64,000 nt of DNA from assembly GCA_036172245.1 (NCBI GenBank), contig JAYWIR010000001.1:4154001-4218000 (forward strand), in the 5' to 3' direction. Positions 63,350 through 64,000 of the stretch are shown here, in pieces. This stretch comes from Raillietiella orientalis (Eukaryota). A program made the translations under genes and the position numbers. The notes under the pieces are model-generated. The model had not been told where the DNA came from and searched no databases. It saw nothing but the letters and a program-made list of their open reading frames with translations. Numbering within the stretch: position 1 is the first letter of the stretch; every line of letters starts with the position of its first letter.

Positions 63350-63745
63350 ATGACGGCTGGTCCACTCCCGGAACTTGCTCGACCTCCCGAAACATTGCTC
63401 TTTCGGGCTCCCTCGCCCCCCTTTCCGAGGAGACGACTGGGCTCACAGGATGGTACCCCTCAAGAGGTGGTCTCTGGTGCTCTTCGACTCCCACACCCTC
63501 CCATTAAAGTGGCCAGGAGTCGGCGCTGCTGCTGCTGCACTGGAGTCTCCCGTGCAACGCCCGCCATCATCACTGGACACGTGATGATGTGGATCCCAAC
63601 TCTGGCAAGTGCGGAGAGCATGAATCCCTCTCGCACCTGCTTGTGGACTGAGTCGCCCTCCGGCCCCTCTGGAGAACGCTTCTCTGCGACTCTAGGAACA
63701 TCGGGCGGCAACTCCAGGGACGCTCGGAAATCCCTCTTCGTTCGC
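63350..63745 (+). mobile_element. LINE zf-RVT fragment
   Basis: LLLLHWSLPCNARHHHWT...KCGEHESLSHLLVD*VALRPLW. Confidence 0.8.
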
Positions 63746-63746
63746 T

Positions 63747-64000
63747 TTAAACCCGGTTCGCCGGGACGTTTATTTTGTCAATAAACTTATCCATATTGTG
63801 ACTGGACCAGTAGTCCAGCCACGTCCTAGAATGTTGCAGCTTGCCGGACTACCGGTGCGCAGACCGGCGCGGTCGACCTCGGCAGCAGAGGGGAATTGGA
63901 ACGAAACAAAAAGAAAACAAAAAAATAAACAAAACTGGGGAGGGAGCGGGAAGGGATCACTGTCTGCTGGGAGGGTCCGTCATCCTCTGAAGGATGCTGG
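63747..64000 (-). mobile_element. LINE 3'UTR (continues beyond the window)
   Basis: Minus-strand T-tract, CTGCCGAG...CCGGTCTGCGCACCGG, and AATAAAC followed by CCCGG-CGAA-CCGGG. Confidence 0.85.

Overview
Eukaryotic nuclear DNA with no recognisable intact host gene, rRNA, true tRNA or CRISPR array. A Tigger-type MITE and a Utopia/NeSL-like remnant fit an animal genome best, but that is inference. The window is a dense, two-stranded retroelement graveyard with five components. (1) Many heavily frameshifted L1/Tx1-like LINE fragments: APE endonuclease, RT core, and about 12 copies of a C-terminal zf-RVT region, several with a structured 3'UTR, often in inverted pairs. (2) Eight copies of an unrecognised tRNA-headed SINE-like element, about 0.6-0.9 kb when full length, with a conserved core, an internal array of ~40-bp hairpin units and a hairpin/poly(A) tail. 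(3) A restriction-like-endonuclease (Utopia/NeSL-type) non-LTR 3' fragment whose 3' end resembles the SINE tail. (4) A 276-bp Tigger/pogo-like MITE with a perfect central hairpin. (5) Three highly similar inverted duplications of 0.3-0.8 kb. All calls come from reading motifs by eye, and boundaries of degenerate elements are approximate.
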